The notes: generated by a model not told the origin, from the letters alone. Counted from the first letter of the stretch, positions 10,343 to 20,773 are shown. The stretch: DNA of 64,000 nucleotides from Acidimicrobiia bacterium (GCA_029210695.1 JARGFH010000014.1:1-64000), one strand, 5' to 3'. Numbers and translations are program-made.

Positions 10343-12265
10343 TCACCCAATGCCGATCTCGCGGACCGGGTGGCGGCATCGAGCCGACCGGGCCTGTGCG
10401 AGTGCCATTTCGATGATTGCCGGATCTCGGCCGGTGGTGCGGGCGAGGTGTTCGGTGGCTTGAGCCCGGTCGCGGGGCTCGGTGACACGTGCGATTACCG
10501 ATGATGCCTGTCGGATCGCCCGAGCGGTTGCCTCTGGCTCCTTGAGGTTGTGAGCCCCGACGATCTGTTCGATGAGGTGGTGCTCTATTGGGATGGCGCC
10601 GGCGAGGGCCTGCTGGAACGACCGCGTATTGTCGATGAGGAGGTCGGCGGGATCACGCTCCGGGGGCAGCCGGACGACCGACATGCGCAGTTGGCGGCCG
10701 GCGAGATCGAGTTCGGCCACGCGCTCCACAGCACGCAGTCCGGCGTTATCGCCGTCGAACGCAAGCGTTACCTTGCCGGCGATTTGCCCGAGCTGGTGGA
10801 GGTGCTCTGAGGTGAGGGCGGTGCCGGCTGTGGCGATGGCGTTGGTGAATCCGGCTTGATGAGCGGCGATGACATCGAGGTAGCCCTCTACCACGATGGC
10901 GTTGCCGATCTCTCGGATGGGTTCTTGGGCGAGGTGAAGGCCGTAGAGGAGCGACCGCTTCCGGTAGAGCTCGGTCTCGGGGGTGTTGAGATACTTGGGC
11001 CCTTCGCCTTCGAGGAGGCGGCCGGCGAAACCTCGAGGTCGTCCGCTGGGGTCGAAGACGGGGAAGACGACCCGGTTGCGCATCCGGTCGTAGAGGCGTC
11101 CAGTCCGAGCCCGGCCGGCGACACCAGCTTCGATGAGGATGTCCTCGCTGAACCCTTGATCGAGGAGAGCGGTGGTCAAGGCCCGCCAGGAGTCAGGAGC
11201 CCATCCCAGATGCCACACCGACGTCGCTTCCTCCCCGATGCCGCGGGAATGCAGGAACCTGAGAGCCCGCTCTCTGCTGTCGTTTTCGAGTTGGTGGCGG
11301 TAGAACGTCACCGCAGCTTCGAGGACCTCCATGAGCTCGGAACTTGGCGGTAGCTCCACGGCAGGAGAAGGCTGCGTCTGGACCAGCGACTCGTTCGATG
11401 CCGGGTCGAGCTGAAGTTCGCGGTGGTGTTCGATCTCGGTGAAAACGGTGCGGGCGCAGCCGATGACCCGATTGGCGGTAGCTGTGACCTTGGTGACGTC
11501 GCCTCCACTCCACGATGCCACGTAGGGCAGGCTGTAGCCGGCGCTGTCGATTCCGAGGGCTGCGCAGACCACATAGGCGACGGATTCCGCTTCCACTTCG
11601 ACGATGCCACGACACGCCGGCCGGTCTCCTGACTCTGGTTCGTGCAGCCGCACGTGGGCGAGTTCGTGCACCGCGGTCTTAAAACGCTGTGCGCCGGGCA
11701 GGCTGGCACGAACAACGACATCCCGATGGCGCCAATCGGTGATGCCGTTCGCTTCCCCAAGTCGTTGATCATCGGCGACCTGGAATCCGAAACCGGCCTC
11801 GGTGATCAGGTTGGTGACGTGGTTCCAGTCGGCAGGCAACTCACCATCCACCAGGGCTGCGGTGACCTCGGGGAGCGGTTCGCCGTCGGTCTGGGCGATA
11901 TCGAAGACGTGGACGACCCGGTAGCCGACCACCCGCCGTTCCTCTTCCTTCTCCTCGCCGTCTTCGGCTGCGACCTTGCGGACAACCGGAGCGAGGATCT
12001 GCAGACCCTTCTCGCCCTTACGTACCTGGCGGCCGAGCCCCTGCCAAGCCCGGTAGCCGGCCACCCGCCTGGGCGTGAAACCTCGGGCGAGTGACTGCGC
12101 CCAGATGAGCCGGGTGTTGGAGAACGAATAGTCGTGGAACCGGGCCGCCACCGCCAGGGCTCGCTGCCAGTCGTCCGAGGTGACCAGCTCGGCGAGCGAA
12201 TCCCGGAGTTGATCGTGGAGATAATCCACGACATCGCTGCGGTCGGTGGTTCGCGTGCTTTCCAC
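10343..12265 (-). CDS. ArdC-like ssDNA-binding/metallopeptidase-fold domain fused to DnaG-type TOPRIM primase core
   Basis: N-term YSFSNTRLI...GYRAWQGLGRQVRKGEKG...HELAH...EVEAES; C-term YDRMRNRVVFP...GFAGR...PKYLNTPET...VVEGYLDVI...GTALT...AFDGDNAG. Confidence 0.9.
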   Translation of the reverse strand: MESTRTTDRSDVVDYLHDQLRDSLAELVTSDDWQRALAVAARFHDYSFSNTRLIWAQSLARGFTPRRVAGYRAWQGLGRQVRKGEKGLQILAPVVRKVAAEDGEEKEEERRVVGYRVVHVFDIAQTDGEPLPEVTAALVDGELPADWNHVTNLITEAGFGFQVADDQRLGEANGITDWRHRDVVVRASLPGAQRFKTAVHELAHVRLHEPESGDRPACRGIVEVEAESVAYVVCAALGIDSAGYSLPYVASWSGGDVTKVTATANRVIGCARTVFTEIEHHRELQLDPASNESLVQTQPSPAVELPPSSELMEVLEAAVTFYRHQLENDSRERALRFLHSRGIGEEATSVWHLGWAPDSWRALTTALLDQGFSEDILIEAGVAGRARTGRLYDRMRNRVVFPVFDPSGRPRGFAGRLLEGEGPKYLNTPETELYRKRSLLYGLHLAQEPIREIGNAIVVEGYLDVIAAHQAGFTNAIATAGTALTSEHLHQLGQIAGKVTLAFDGDNAGLRAVERVAELDLAGRQLRMSVVRLPPERDPADLLIDNTRSFQQALAGAIPIEHHLIEQIVGAHNLKEPEATARAIRQASSVIARVTEPRDRAQATEHLARTTGRDPAIIEMALAQARSARCRHPVREIGIG

Positions 12266-12299
12266 CCTCGGATGATCCGATTCGACCCTGTTGTTCGAG

Positions 12300-12328
12300 T
12301 GTCAGAAACCCTGTCAGAAACCCTCCAA
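12300..12328 (-). promoter_or_regulatory. TGACAGGGT tandem box upstream of the ArdC-primase gene
   Basis: tgtcagaaaccctgtcagaaaccctccaa; 22 bp (12307-12328) identical to 43701-43722. Confidence 0.7.
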
Positions 12329-12524
12329 CTTGCGGTCGGCGAAAACTCGGGTGACGGATCACCTTCAGGTGGCCGGCTGTAGATGCCCTATCCATGGGCT
12401 CGTTGAGCGGTGGCTGGCCGTAGGTGGCGTCACCCCGCATCGGCCCAACTCCCGGGAGCGCCGGTGCCCGCCCCGCCTGATTACCTGCCAATCGCACCGG
12501 AAATGACCTCAGAGACGCTCGAAA

Positions 12525-12544
12525 TGACCGTCGACTGACAGGGT
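12525..12544 (+). promoter_or_regulatory. TGACAGGGT box upstream of the relaxase
   Basis: tgaccgtcgactgacagggt (TGAC half-sites 11 bp apart), oriented with the relaxase. Confidence 0.55.
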
Positions 12545-12672
12545 CCCCCCTCAGGATCGACGACATGAGCAAGTTCAGGTCAATGGACACAAGGCAGATC
12601 CATCGCCCAACTCAGGCGACCGCAGCCAAGGACCTCGTCCACGCGTGCACCCGCCTGTCATCCAACTGCCCT

Positions 12673-12704
12673 CAACACCACACGCACGTGCAACAGGTTG
12701 TTGC
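12673..12704 (-). other. Putative oriT / MOBF nic site
   Basis: Minus strand TGTTGCACGTGCGTGT^GGTGTTG resembles the F-type nic (GGGGTGT^GGTG); adjacent inverted repeat gcaaca-ggt-tgttgc; about 40 bp upstream of the MOBF relaxase. Confidence 0.7.
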
Positions 12705-12737
12705 GGGTGTATCAGTTGACCGGATCGGGGGGTCTGG

Positions 12738-15700
12738 ATGCTGAGCATCGCCAAGGCCCACAAGGACTATTACCTCCAGAAACTGGGCGAGATCACACCC
12801 CGGGAGGACTACTACCTGCGAGGTGGAACCGCCACTGGTCGTTGGCACGGCAGCGGCGCCGTGGAGCAAGGACTGGAGGGCATCGTGTCGGCGGAGGGCC
12901 TGGTGCGGCTCTTCGACGGTCAGCACCCGGCGACGGGGGAGCAGCTCGGGCGTCAGCTTCGCAAGGACGGCGTGGCGGCCTGGGATCTGACGTTCTCGGC
13001 TGACAAGTCGGTGTCGCTGCTGTGGGCCTTCGGGGACGACCAGGTTCGACGCCACGTGGTCGAGGCGTTCGAGGAGTCCACCGCCGAGGCGCTCACCTAC
13101 TTGGAATCGGTTGCGTCGTCGACGCGGGGAGCATCGCGAACCCCGGTTCGCGACGTTGAGGGCCAGCCGATCCTCGGCGACAACGGAAGTCCTCGCTATC
13201 GGGTCGAGACATGGCCGATTCGAACCCACGGATACGTCTCGGCGTGGTTCACTGAGTTCACGAGCCGGGCGGATGATCCTCAGATGCACACCCACGTGGT
13301 TGTGGGGAACCGGGTGAAGGGTGTCGACGATACGTGGCGGGCGATTGATGGACGTCTCTTGTATCGGCACAAGCTGGCCGCTGGCTACCTCCACGAAGCC
13401 GAACTGCGCCACCGCCTCACCGAACGGCTCGGGGTCCGCTGGCAGCCGGTCCGTAGCGGTGTGGCGGACATCGAGGGCTTCACCCGGGAACAGATCATGA
13501 CCTTCTCGAAACGCCGCCAGGCAATCGAGGAGTGGCGTGACTCCCACGGCTACGCCGACACCGCAGCCGCCAACGAAATCGCCACGCTCGCGACACGAAG
13601 TCCCAAACAAGACCACCCCATCGACAGCCTGATGCCCGTGTGGCTGGAGCGGGGCGCCGAGATCGGACTCACCCCCGAGTCGGTGACAGCCGTGCTGGAG
13701 CGCAACCGGGAGGTCACGGTGCCCGACCCCGACACCATCCACGACCGGATGGCATCCGCCGACGGGCTCACCGCCCAGGCGTCGACCTTCGGACGAGGTG
13801 ACGCCATCAAAGCCGCAGCAGAAGCCCTCCCCGAAGGCGGACGACGAAGCGACGTCGAGGCCATCGCCGACTCATTCCTCCGTCGCTCGGACGTGGTCCC
13901 TATCCTCCCCATCCACCCCACTGACCCAGCGAGCGACCTGCCGATCGAGCTCGACACCGCCGAACTGGACCGGCTGCTTGAGCTGGTCAACTCGAGGAAA
14001 CCACCGACCATGCGGCGTAGCAACGGCGACATCTTCCCCGGGCTGGTCAACGAACGCCGCTACACAACCACTGAACTCCTCACCATCGAACAACGAGTCA
14101 TCGACCGCGCCCAGGAAGGTATCGCAGCCGACCGGTGGACTATCCCTGAGGCGAAGGTCGAGGCCGCCCTCGCGGCGCACACGGACCTCACCAACGGCCA
14201 ACGGGCGATGGTCCACCGGTTCACCGGGTCAGGAAACACCATCGACATCGGCGTGGGGGCAGCCGGGACCGGCAAAACGACTGTCATGGCCATCATCGGG
14301 GAACTCGCCACCGAGACCGGGACACCCGTGGTCGGAACGGCATTGGCGGCACGGGCCGCAGCCGGATTCGAAACCGCCACCGGCATCCCATCCGCCACCA
14401 TCACCCGCTTCCTGTGGGAAACCAAGGCAGCCGGTGGTCTCCCAACCCGCGCGATCGTCGTGGTCGACGAGGCAGGTATGGTCGGCAGCCGCCAGCTCGC
14501 TGCGGTCTCCGACCTGGTCGAAGCAGCCTCCGGGAAACTCATCCTGATCGGCGATCATCGCCAGCTCGCCGAGATCGACGCCGGCGGCCTGTTCGCCGCG
14601 CTGACGGCTCGCCTCCCCGCCATCGAGCTGACTGAGAACGTCCGCCAGGACCAGGAATGGGAACGCACCGCCCTGGCCGAACTCCGCCACGGCTCGATCT
14701 CGCGGGCGGTGGCCATGTATGACCGGCGCGGACTGATCAACGTCGCCGCTACCCCCGATGACACCATCGTCCAAGCCGTTGATGCCTGGTACAGCGACGT
14801 CCAAGACACCGGTGACCTTGCCCAGGTGCTGCTCATCGGACATCGCAACACCACCGTCGATCAGCTCAACCAGCGGGCTCGGGCTCTCATCGCCCAATCC
14901 GGCTTGCTCCACGGACCGGCGGTAAACGCAGGCGATCGCCTATTCCAGGCCGAAGACAGAGCTGTGTGCCTCAAGAACCGTTCGCGGCTGGGTGTGCTCA
15001 ACGGTGATCTCGCAACCGTAATGGCTGTGGACACTGAACGGCGCACGATTACGCTCAGACTCGACCGCACTAACAACACCGTCACCGTTCCCCATTGGTA
15101 CCTCGACGAAGGAAACCTCGACTGGGGCTACGCCCTCACCGGCCACAAGGCTCAAGGCGCAACCGCCCGGCGCGCGCACACGGTCGCCGGAGACGGCGTT
15201 GACCGGGAATGGCTCTACGTCACGATGAGCCGAGGCCGGGAGGCGAACACGATCTACCTCACCGATCCGGACGTCAAAGAGAGCGAATGCACGCACCTAA
15301 CCCACCAACACCCCGAACGGTTGCCTGCCCTCATTACCGCCCTTGGTCGCACCGCAGCGGAGCCGGCGGCTTCTGACTCCGGGCGAGGACCTCGCACGAT
15401 CACCGATGCACAGCTGCAGGCCCGTTTGGCGGACCTCGAGAGCCAGCTCGAATTCGGAGAGGCAAGAAGACCCGTCGACGGTCGGGACGACCTTCTTGCT
15501 GAATACATCGCCCTCCGCCAGGAGACACGCGCCCGACATCGAGACCGGCTCGACGCCATCGCATACGAGCCACCCGGATGGATAGTCGATGTCATCGGCG
15601 AGCGGCCCACCGAACCCGATCGACGAGCTGCGTGGGATCGGATCGTCGATCGAGCGGTTCACGTCCGAATCGAACTTGAAGTTCCCAACGATGCCAGCCA

Positions 15701-15836
15701 TCTTCTGGGACCCGAGCCTCCCAGTCGGGACGTCGCCCGTCGCACAACATGGATGGTCGCCCGCCGGAATATGGACGAGGATCTTCGAGCACTGAACGGT
15801 CCAAGCGATCGAAGCCTTGGTGCAGTCGCTCGCTGA
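12738..15836 (+). CDS. MOBF (TrwC/TraI-type) relaxase-helicase
   Basis: DYY...EDYY, WDLTFSADKSVS, SRADDPQMHTHVVV (HUH), FSKRR; helicase GAAGTGKT, VVDEAGMV, GDHRQL, GYALTGHKAQGAT. Confidence 0.95.
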   Translation: MLSIAKAHKDYYLQKLGEITPREDYYLRGGTATGRWHGSGAVEQGLEGIVSAEGLVRLFDGQHPATGEQLGRQLRKDGVAAWDLTFSADKSVSLLWAFGDDQVRRHVVEAFEESTAEALTYLESVASSTRGASRTPVRDVEGQPILGDNGSPRYRVETWPIRTHGYVSAWFTEFTSRADDPQMHTHVVVGNRVKGVDDTWRAIDGRLLYRHKLAAGYLHEAELRHRLTERLGVRWQPVRSGVADIEGFTREQIMTFSKRRQAIEEWRDSHGYADTAAANEIATLATRSPKQDHPIDSLMPVWLERGAEIGLTPESVTAVLERNREVTVPDPDTIHDRMASADGLTAQASTFGRGDAIKAAAEALPEGGRRSDVEAIADSFLRRSDVVPILPIHPTDPASDLPIELDTAELDRLLELVNSRKPPTMRRSNGDIFPGLVNERRYTTTELLTIEQRVIDRAQEGIAADRWTIPEAKVEAALAAHTDLTNGQRAMVHRFTGSGNTIDIGVGAAGTGKTTVMAIIGELATETGTPVVGTALAARAAAGFETATGIPSATITRFLWETKAAGGLPTRAIVVVDEAGMVGSRQLAAVSDLVEAASGKLILIGDHRQLAEIDAGGLFAALTARLPAIELTENVRQDQEWERTALAELRHGSISRAVAMYDRRGLINVAATPDDTIVQAVDAWYSDVQDTGDLAQVLLIGHRNTTVDQLNQRARALIAQSGLLHGPAVNAGDRLFQAEDRAVCLKNRSRLGVLNGDLATVMAVDTERRTITLRLDRTNNTVTVPHWYLDEGNLDWGYALTGHKAQGATARRAHTVAGDGVDREWLYVTMSRGREANTIYLTDPDVKESECTHLTHQHPERLPALITALGRTAAEPAASDSGRGPRTITDAQLQARLADLESQLEFGEARRPVDGRDDLLAEYIALRQETRARHRDRLDAIAYEPPGWIVDVIGERPTEPDRRAAWDRIVDRAVHVRIELEVPNDASHLLGPEPPSRDVARRTTWMVARRNMDEDLRALNGPSDRSLGAVAR

Positions 15837-15856
15837 TCTGATTCGTAGGCGCCTAG

Positions 15857-17440
15857 CTACTTCCCCCTGAAAAACTCGGGTGGTGGTCCTCGCGTTTTGG
15901 GGGCGGGGTGACGATGATGGCTCCAACCCGTAGGGCTAGTACGGATTGGAGCCATCATGTTGCGGACGGTAGGTGATCAGGCGACGTTGTGGGAGTCGGT
16001 GTTGCCCGAGGGGGTGGTGCCGATGTCGGCGGAGTTGGCTCGGGTGGACGAGTTGTTGGACGATCCCCGCTTTTTCGAGCCGTTCAAGAGGCACTTTGAC
16101 TCGTCGTGGGGGCGGCCGTCGATTCCGATGGAGACTTACCTGAGGCTCATGTTCTTGAAGAACCGGTACCGGCTCGGCTTCGAGACGTTGTGCCGGGAGA
16201 CGGCTGATTCGATCAGCTGGCAGCGGTTCGCTCGGATCGGGGTGGGAGGCCGGGTGCCGCATCCGACCACGCTGCTGAAGATCACGACCCGCTGCGGGTC
16301 AGCGACAGTGGACCAGCTCAATGAGGTGTTGATCACCAAGGCAGTGGAGGCCCGGTTGGTGAAGACGAGCCGGGTCCGGGCGGACACCACGGTGGTCGAG
16401 GCCGACGTCAAGTATCCGACCGATTCGGGGTTGCTGACTAGAGCGGTCGGCAAGGCATCCCGCCTGATCGGACGGATCCAAGCAGCCGGGGCGGCGAGGC
16501 GGACCTCGGTCACCGATCACGTCACCGAGGTGCAGCGTCATGCCCATTCGATAGGGGTGTGGCTGCGTCGCCGCAGTGGCGAAGCCAAAGACGAAGTGTT
16601 GGCCATCACCGGCCAGATCGCGGACCTCACGACCGAAGCGATGGCTGATGCTGCCAGGATCGTGACCAACGCTCGAGCCCATCTGCGACGCCACCCAGAC
16701 ACTCCCGAAGCCGGAAGGGTCGCAGCTACGATCGACGATCTCGAAACGCTGATCGAACGGGCCGGCCGTGTCATCGACCAGACCCGACAGCGCCTCGCCG
16801 GTGACACCCCGCCAGGGTCAAACAGGCTGGTGTCGCTCCATGACCCCGATGCCCGCCCGATCCGCAAAGGGCGGCTCGGCAAACCCGTCGAATTCGGATT
16901 CAAAGCCCAGATCGTCGACAACGAAGACGGCATCATCTTGGATCACACCGTCGAGATCGGAAACCCATCTGACGCGCCGCAGCTCATCCCCGCCATCGAA
17001 CGAGTGAAACGGCGCTGCGGGCGGCCTCCCGATCAGGTCACTGCCGATCGGGGCTACGGCAAAGCCTCGGTCGACAAAGCCCTCATCGACGATGTCGGGG
17101 TCAGCTACGTCGCCATCCCCAGACCCGGCACACCAACCCAGAAACGTAAGACCGAAATCGACACCGACGAGTTCCGAGAACTCGTCCGATGGCGCACCGG
17201 AGCCGAGGGCCGCATCGCCTGCCTGAAACGACAACACGGCTGGTCCCGTAGCCACCTCACCGGCATCGAAGGCGCCCGAACCTGGTGCGGACACGGTGTC
17301 CTAGCCCACAACCTCACCAAAATCGCCCGCCTCAACCCCTAACCAGCCCGCCCATCGACCGACCACCGAACAAGCCGCTACCGCCTCAGAGATCCTCGCA
17401 ACCACCATCACCCCGGACCCACTTCTTCAGGGGCAAGTAG
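15857..17440 (+). mobile_element. IS element (ISNCY/IS5-like), 1584 bp, CTAG target duplication
   Basis: IRL ctacttccccctgaaaaa vs IRR revcomp ctacttgcccctgaagaa (16/18); CTAG at 15853-15856 and 17441-17444. Confidence 0.9.
15957..17342 (+). CDS. DDE transposase (DUF772 + DDE_Tnp_1 type)
   Basis: GRPSIP, RADTTVVEADVKYPTDSGLL, EFGFK, TADRGY, RWRTGAEGRIACLKR. Confidence 0.95.
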   Translation: MLRTVGDQATLWESVLPEGVVPMSAELARVDELLDDPRFFEPFKRHFDSSWGRPSIPMETYLRLMFLKNRYRLGFETLCRETADSISWQRFARIGVGGRVPHPTTLLKITTRCGSATVDQLNEVLITKAVEARLVKTSRVRADTTVVEADVKYPTDSGLLTRAVGKASRLIGRIQAAGAARRTSVTDHVTEVQRHAHSIGVWLRRRSGEAKDEVLAITGQIADLTTEAMADAARIVTNARAHLRRHPDTPEAGRVAATIDDLETLIERAGRVIDQTRQRLAGDTPPGSNRLVSLHDPDARPIRKGRLGKPVEFGFKAQIVDNEDGIILDHTVEIGNPSDAPQLIPAIERVKRRCGRPPDQVTADRGYGKASVDKALIDDVGVSYVAIPRPGTPTQKRKTEIDTDEFRELVRWRTGAEGRIACLKRQHGWSRSHLTGIEGARTWCGHGVLAHNLTKIARLNP

Positions 17441-18025
17441 CTAGTCGCTCGAAGTGATCCGCCTGCGAAGGCTCGTCAACAGGCGACGGGGGGGTGTGTT
17501 CGGACGGCCCTCGAGATTCACGGGTGGGTCGAGCATGTCGAGCACCGCTGCCTCGATGCGCCCCAGCGAATCGCGGTCGTCATAGGCAACGATCGCTACT
17601 TCGAGGTGCTTCTTGATCCAGTCGGAAACGACCCTGTTGTCGTCTGGTGCGAGCCGACCGGGCCTAAGCACCGTCAGACTTAGTGGGTCCAGCAGCAACC
17701 CTGAGAGCGTCAGTCGGAAAGTCGATGACGATGCGTTCCCGTTGATGTGGTTGCCGCGGATTCGGCTGGCCAAGGTTGCGGTTGATATTTTCCCGGAGGG
17801 CCAGCGTGTGGCGCCGGCTTGACCCGCGTATACGAGTGACGGGATAGTGGTCCCGAGTTGAGTGCCGATCATCGACCGGGCTTCCTCATCCCCCCACCAC
17901 GAGTAGAGACCTGGGTGCGAGGCAAGCTGGCGATCGCATGGGAAACCGGAGGGCGACTCCGATCGGCGACTGTCCGTGAGGACCTTGGCCAGGTGTTCGG
18001 CGATACGTACATCACGGCTTGTCAC
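17441..18025 (-). CDS. GIY-YIG family nuclease
   Basis: PGLYSWW...LVYAGQAG...LASRIRGNH...SSTFRLTL...IE...PPVNL; GTG start overlaps the upstream stop (GTGA). Confidence 0.8.
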   Translation of the reverse strand: MTSRDVRIAEHLAKVLTDSRRSESPSGFPCDRQLASHPGLYSWWGDEEARSMIGTQLGTTIPSLVYAGQAGATRWPSGKISTATLASRIRGNHINGNASSSTFRLTLSGLLLDPLSLTVLRPGRLAPDDNRVVSDWIKKHLEVAIVAYDDRDSLGRIEAAVLDMLDPPVNLEGRPNTPPRRLLTSLRRRITSSD

Positions 18026-18957
18026 TGGCGTGTGATCTCCATCTGCAGGCCATCCGAACTTGTCCGGCTCTCGGGCAGGCGCCCCCTCTCGGCAATGGCT
18101 GTCATCCATTCCCCCTGGGCGCGCGGCGCTTTCACCATCGCACCCGGTGCTGACCGCGGACTGGCGAGAATCACATCCTCGACGTGCTTCGGCCATCGGG
18201 TTCGTCGGAACACAGTGGAGTAGCCGGTAGTGGCCGACAGCACCCCAATGACCTGTATCACTTTGTTCGCTTCAGCGAAGCCGGCAAGGCAACGTTCGAT
18301 CAGCCGGTTCGGCCACATCGCTGGACGGAACACTTGCTCGTACATCCCGATTGGCTCGTCTGGGAGCACCAGTCCGTACCCACCGGAGATGATGACAATG
18401 CGCGCCGCTTGATCTGCCAGTTCTCGCAGTGCAGACCGCCCAGCTTTGTAGAAGGTCCCTTCGTATCGCTGAGCAGCAGGGAGGAGCGTCGACTCGTCGA
18501 CACCCGCAGAAGCTGCGTTGTGGCGCCTTCGATCTGACAACTCTCTGTGGAGGTCCCGTGGTAGCGCGTCAAGAATCGAGGTTTGCGTGGGTGGTGCGTC
18601 GCCCCTCCTCTTCGATCCAGAACACGGCACCACGATCAAACAGCCGGCAAGTCGGAGCGTTGGGACCGGAGGCTTAGGACGAAGCCGTGAAGCTTCTAGT
18701 CTCGATCGGGTCGGAGTCTGCAAGGAGCGCTGCGCTGGTGGTGGGATCGAAGGCGCTTCGATCGTCTCCGCTTCGGGCAGGTTGAGTATTCTTCCCTTGG
18801 GTCCCGTGACTCGCTTGGTAACTCCAGCGGAGGCCAGCGACCGGCAGATTTGGTTGACCTGCTGATGAGGTTCGATGCCGGTTCGCTTCCGGATTTCGCC
18901 ATCCGTGAGCCCCGGAACGGACTGGATCAGTTTCAGGATTCGCTCTCGATTGGTCAC
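18022..18957 (-). CDS. Winged-HTH + YaaA/DUF6884-like domain protein
   Basis: N-term RERILKLIQSVPGLTDGEI...HQQVNQICRSL; C-term IVVPCSGSK...LPAAQRYEGTFY...IISGGYGLVLPDEPIGMYE. Confidence 0.75.
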   Translation of the reverse strand: MTNRERILKLIQSVPGLTDGEIRKRTGIEPHQQVNQICRSLASAGVTKRVTGPKGRILNLPEAETIEAPSIPPPAQRSLQTPTRSRLEASRLRPKPPVPTLRLAGCLIVVPCSGSKRRGDAPPTQTSILDALPRDLHRELSDRRRHNAASAGVDESTLLPAAQRYEGTFYKAGRSALRELADQAARIVIISGGYGLVLPDEPIGMYEQVFRPAMWPNRLIERCLAGFAEANKVIQVIGVLSATTGYSTVFRRTRWPKHVEDVILASPRSAPGAMVKAPRAQGEWMTAIAERGRLPESRTSSDGLQMEITRQ

Positions 18958-19042
18958 CAGGCCTCTCTTCTGCCCTGTCGATTCTTCAACTTGACATTGG
19001 CAATTTCTGCTGGTCCGACCGGTCAATCTGGCTGGTCGGTTG

Positions 19043-20773
19043 TCAAGACGGCCATCGCCGGCCCTTGCAGAGTTCGGCGGTTGCCTTGGCGATGAGTTCG
19101 GCTCGGGCATCAATGAACGCTCCGTAATCGGCCCGAATGTGATCCGCCCGTTCAGTCTCATCGGCGAAGCTCGAATAGCCACCGACATTCAACTGATCGT
19201 ATGGGATGACGTGAGTGGCGAGCCGATTGGCAAGGTCTTGTTCGCTCAGGTCTCCTCGGTCGATGCGATCACGCAAATAGCGAACGGGCTCCTTCGCTGA
19301 TATGTCTCGATTGGTCTTCCACGTGATCAGGGCGCAGTTCAGGGCGCGGAAGCTCTCCGCTTCCGAGACCTGGCCTTGGTTGACCAGTAGCGAGTTAGGA
19401 AACAGGTGGTGATACTCGCGTCGCGGGAGCTGCTCTCTGGTGGCAGGCGTGTCGTCAGCAATGTCTCGCCCGCCAGCGCGAAGTGACACGGCCAGGATGC
19501 CGCGGGCGAGGATCTCTTTCGTGCTCGGCCAGCCGGCTCGCTTGAAGACCTCTACCGTCGGGAGCGGGAAGAGGTCCTCGTTGAATATCGGTGCCTCCGG
19601 GGCGTCCTCCCCACGCAAGCGTGCGCGCAACCCGCGAAGGTCCTGCAGCTGACGCGTCGCCGCCTGGTTCTCGTATCGACTTGTGAGGAACGACCTCCAG
19701 ACGTAGCTGCGGAGAAGCGATCGTGCTTTGCCGTGCTCGTCGGAATCCTCGGGCACGTGCGGGTGGAGGGCAGAGAGGATTGGTAGCACTGCGGTGGTTG
19801 GGAGACGCCTGCCGTCGTATACCGATTCGTCCTCGAGGAAGGAGATGGCCCATCTAATGCCTGCTGCGATGTTCGACCACTCGTTGACAACCCGATCGAG
19901 ATCCAACTTGAAGTAGCTGGCCTGAGTGGGCGCACGATCATCACGTAGCGCGGCGGTGTCCAGCACGAGGTCTTCGGCGTCGATGTAGGCGCCCACCATC
20001 GGAACGGCGGCGTGGACTTCGCCGATGAGATCGTGCAGGGACTGACCTGTAGCGGCTTCAAGTTGGGCGACGATGATGTCGTAGGCGGTCAATCTGACGG
20101 ATGTCGTATTGAGCTTGACGAAGACGTTCAGTGCGACGTCCCTGGGGGTCTCCGAGGGGAGAGCAAGAAACGGGATGTTGTAAGCGGCTATGGATTCGCG
20201 GAGCGCGTTGATTTGCCGCTCCAGGGCGCGGCTGGCGACAACATCATCGGTGGTCGCTGAGTCGCACCAGCGGCCTATCTCTTGGTGGATATCGCCGGGC
20301 CGAAGCAGACGCAGTGGAATGAAGCCCCGGCCCCAGACCTGAACTGGATCGTCCGCCCATACGGGGTACCGCTTGCCGTTGCGCGACCAGCGGGCCTGTG
20401 AATGCATCCGGGGGACACGGACGCCGCCGTGCTCCTCATCCGGCTCGAGGGAGAGCAGGTATGTGCGGTTTTCATAGTCGTCGTGGAATGACCGCCAGAG
20501 GGCAGTGAGGCGCTGCTGACCGTCTAGCAGGTGCTCGGTGGGTCGTTCGACCGGATCGGGGGAGCCGATCATCTGTCTGCTTATGAATGGTTCCTCGCTG
20601 CCTAGCTCAAGGACGAGCGTTGAGCCTGCGGGTAGACCGTTCAACACGGCCTCGATGAGGTTCGAGATCTCATTGTGGCCCCACGCTTCGAAGCGCTGGA
20701 ACCGTGGCAATCGGATCTGTCCTGTCCGGATCCGATTGAACCATTCTGGCAAGTTCCGATTCCTGGCTTCCAC
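19043..20773 (-). CDS. DUF262 + HNH-like (GmrSD-type) modification-dependent restriction protein
   Basis: LPRFQRFEAW, LLDGQQRLTAL, VFVKLNT; C-term EYHHLFP...LNCALITWKTN. Confidence 0.9.
   Translation of the reverse strand: MEARNRNLPEWFNRIRTGQIRLPRFQRFEAWGHNEISNLIEAVLNGLPAGSTLVLELGSEEPFISRQMIGSPDPVERPTEHLLDGQQRLTALWRSFHDDYENRTYLLSLEPDEEHGGVRVPRMHSQARWSRNGKRYPVWADDPVQVWGRGFIPLRLLRPGDIHQEIGRWCDSATTDDVVASRALERQINALRESIAAYNIPFLALPSETPRDVALNVFVKLNTTSVRLTAYDIIVAQLEAATGQSLHDLIGEVHAAVPMVGAYIDAEDLVLDTAALRDDRAPTQASYFKLDLDRVVNEWSNIAAGIRWAISFLEDESVYDGRRLPTTAVLPILSALHPHVPEDSDEHGKARSLLRSYVWRSFLTSRYENQAATRQLQDLRGLRARLRGEDAPEAPIFNEDLFPLPTVEVFKRAGWPSTKEILARGILAVSLRAGGRDIADDTPATREQLPRREYHHLFPNSLLVNQGQVSEAESFRALNCALITWKTNRDISAKEPVRYLRDRIDRGDLSEQDLANRLATHVIPYDQLNVGGYSSFADETERADHIRADYGAFIDARAELIAKATAELCKGRRWPS

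Noticed and set aside
9123..10379. Single 418-aa gene
   Set aside because: Only the last ~211 aa look like UDG; the upstream part overlaps the XRE/ImmA remnant in other frames.
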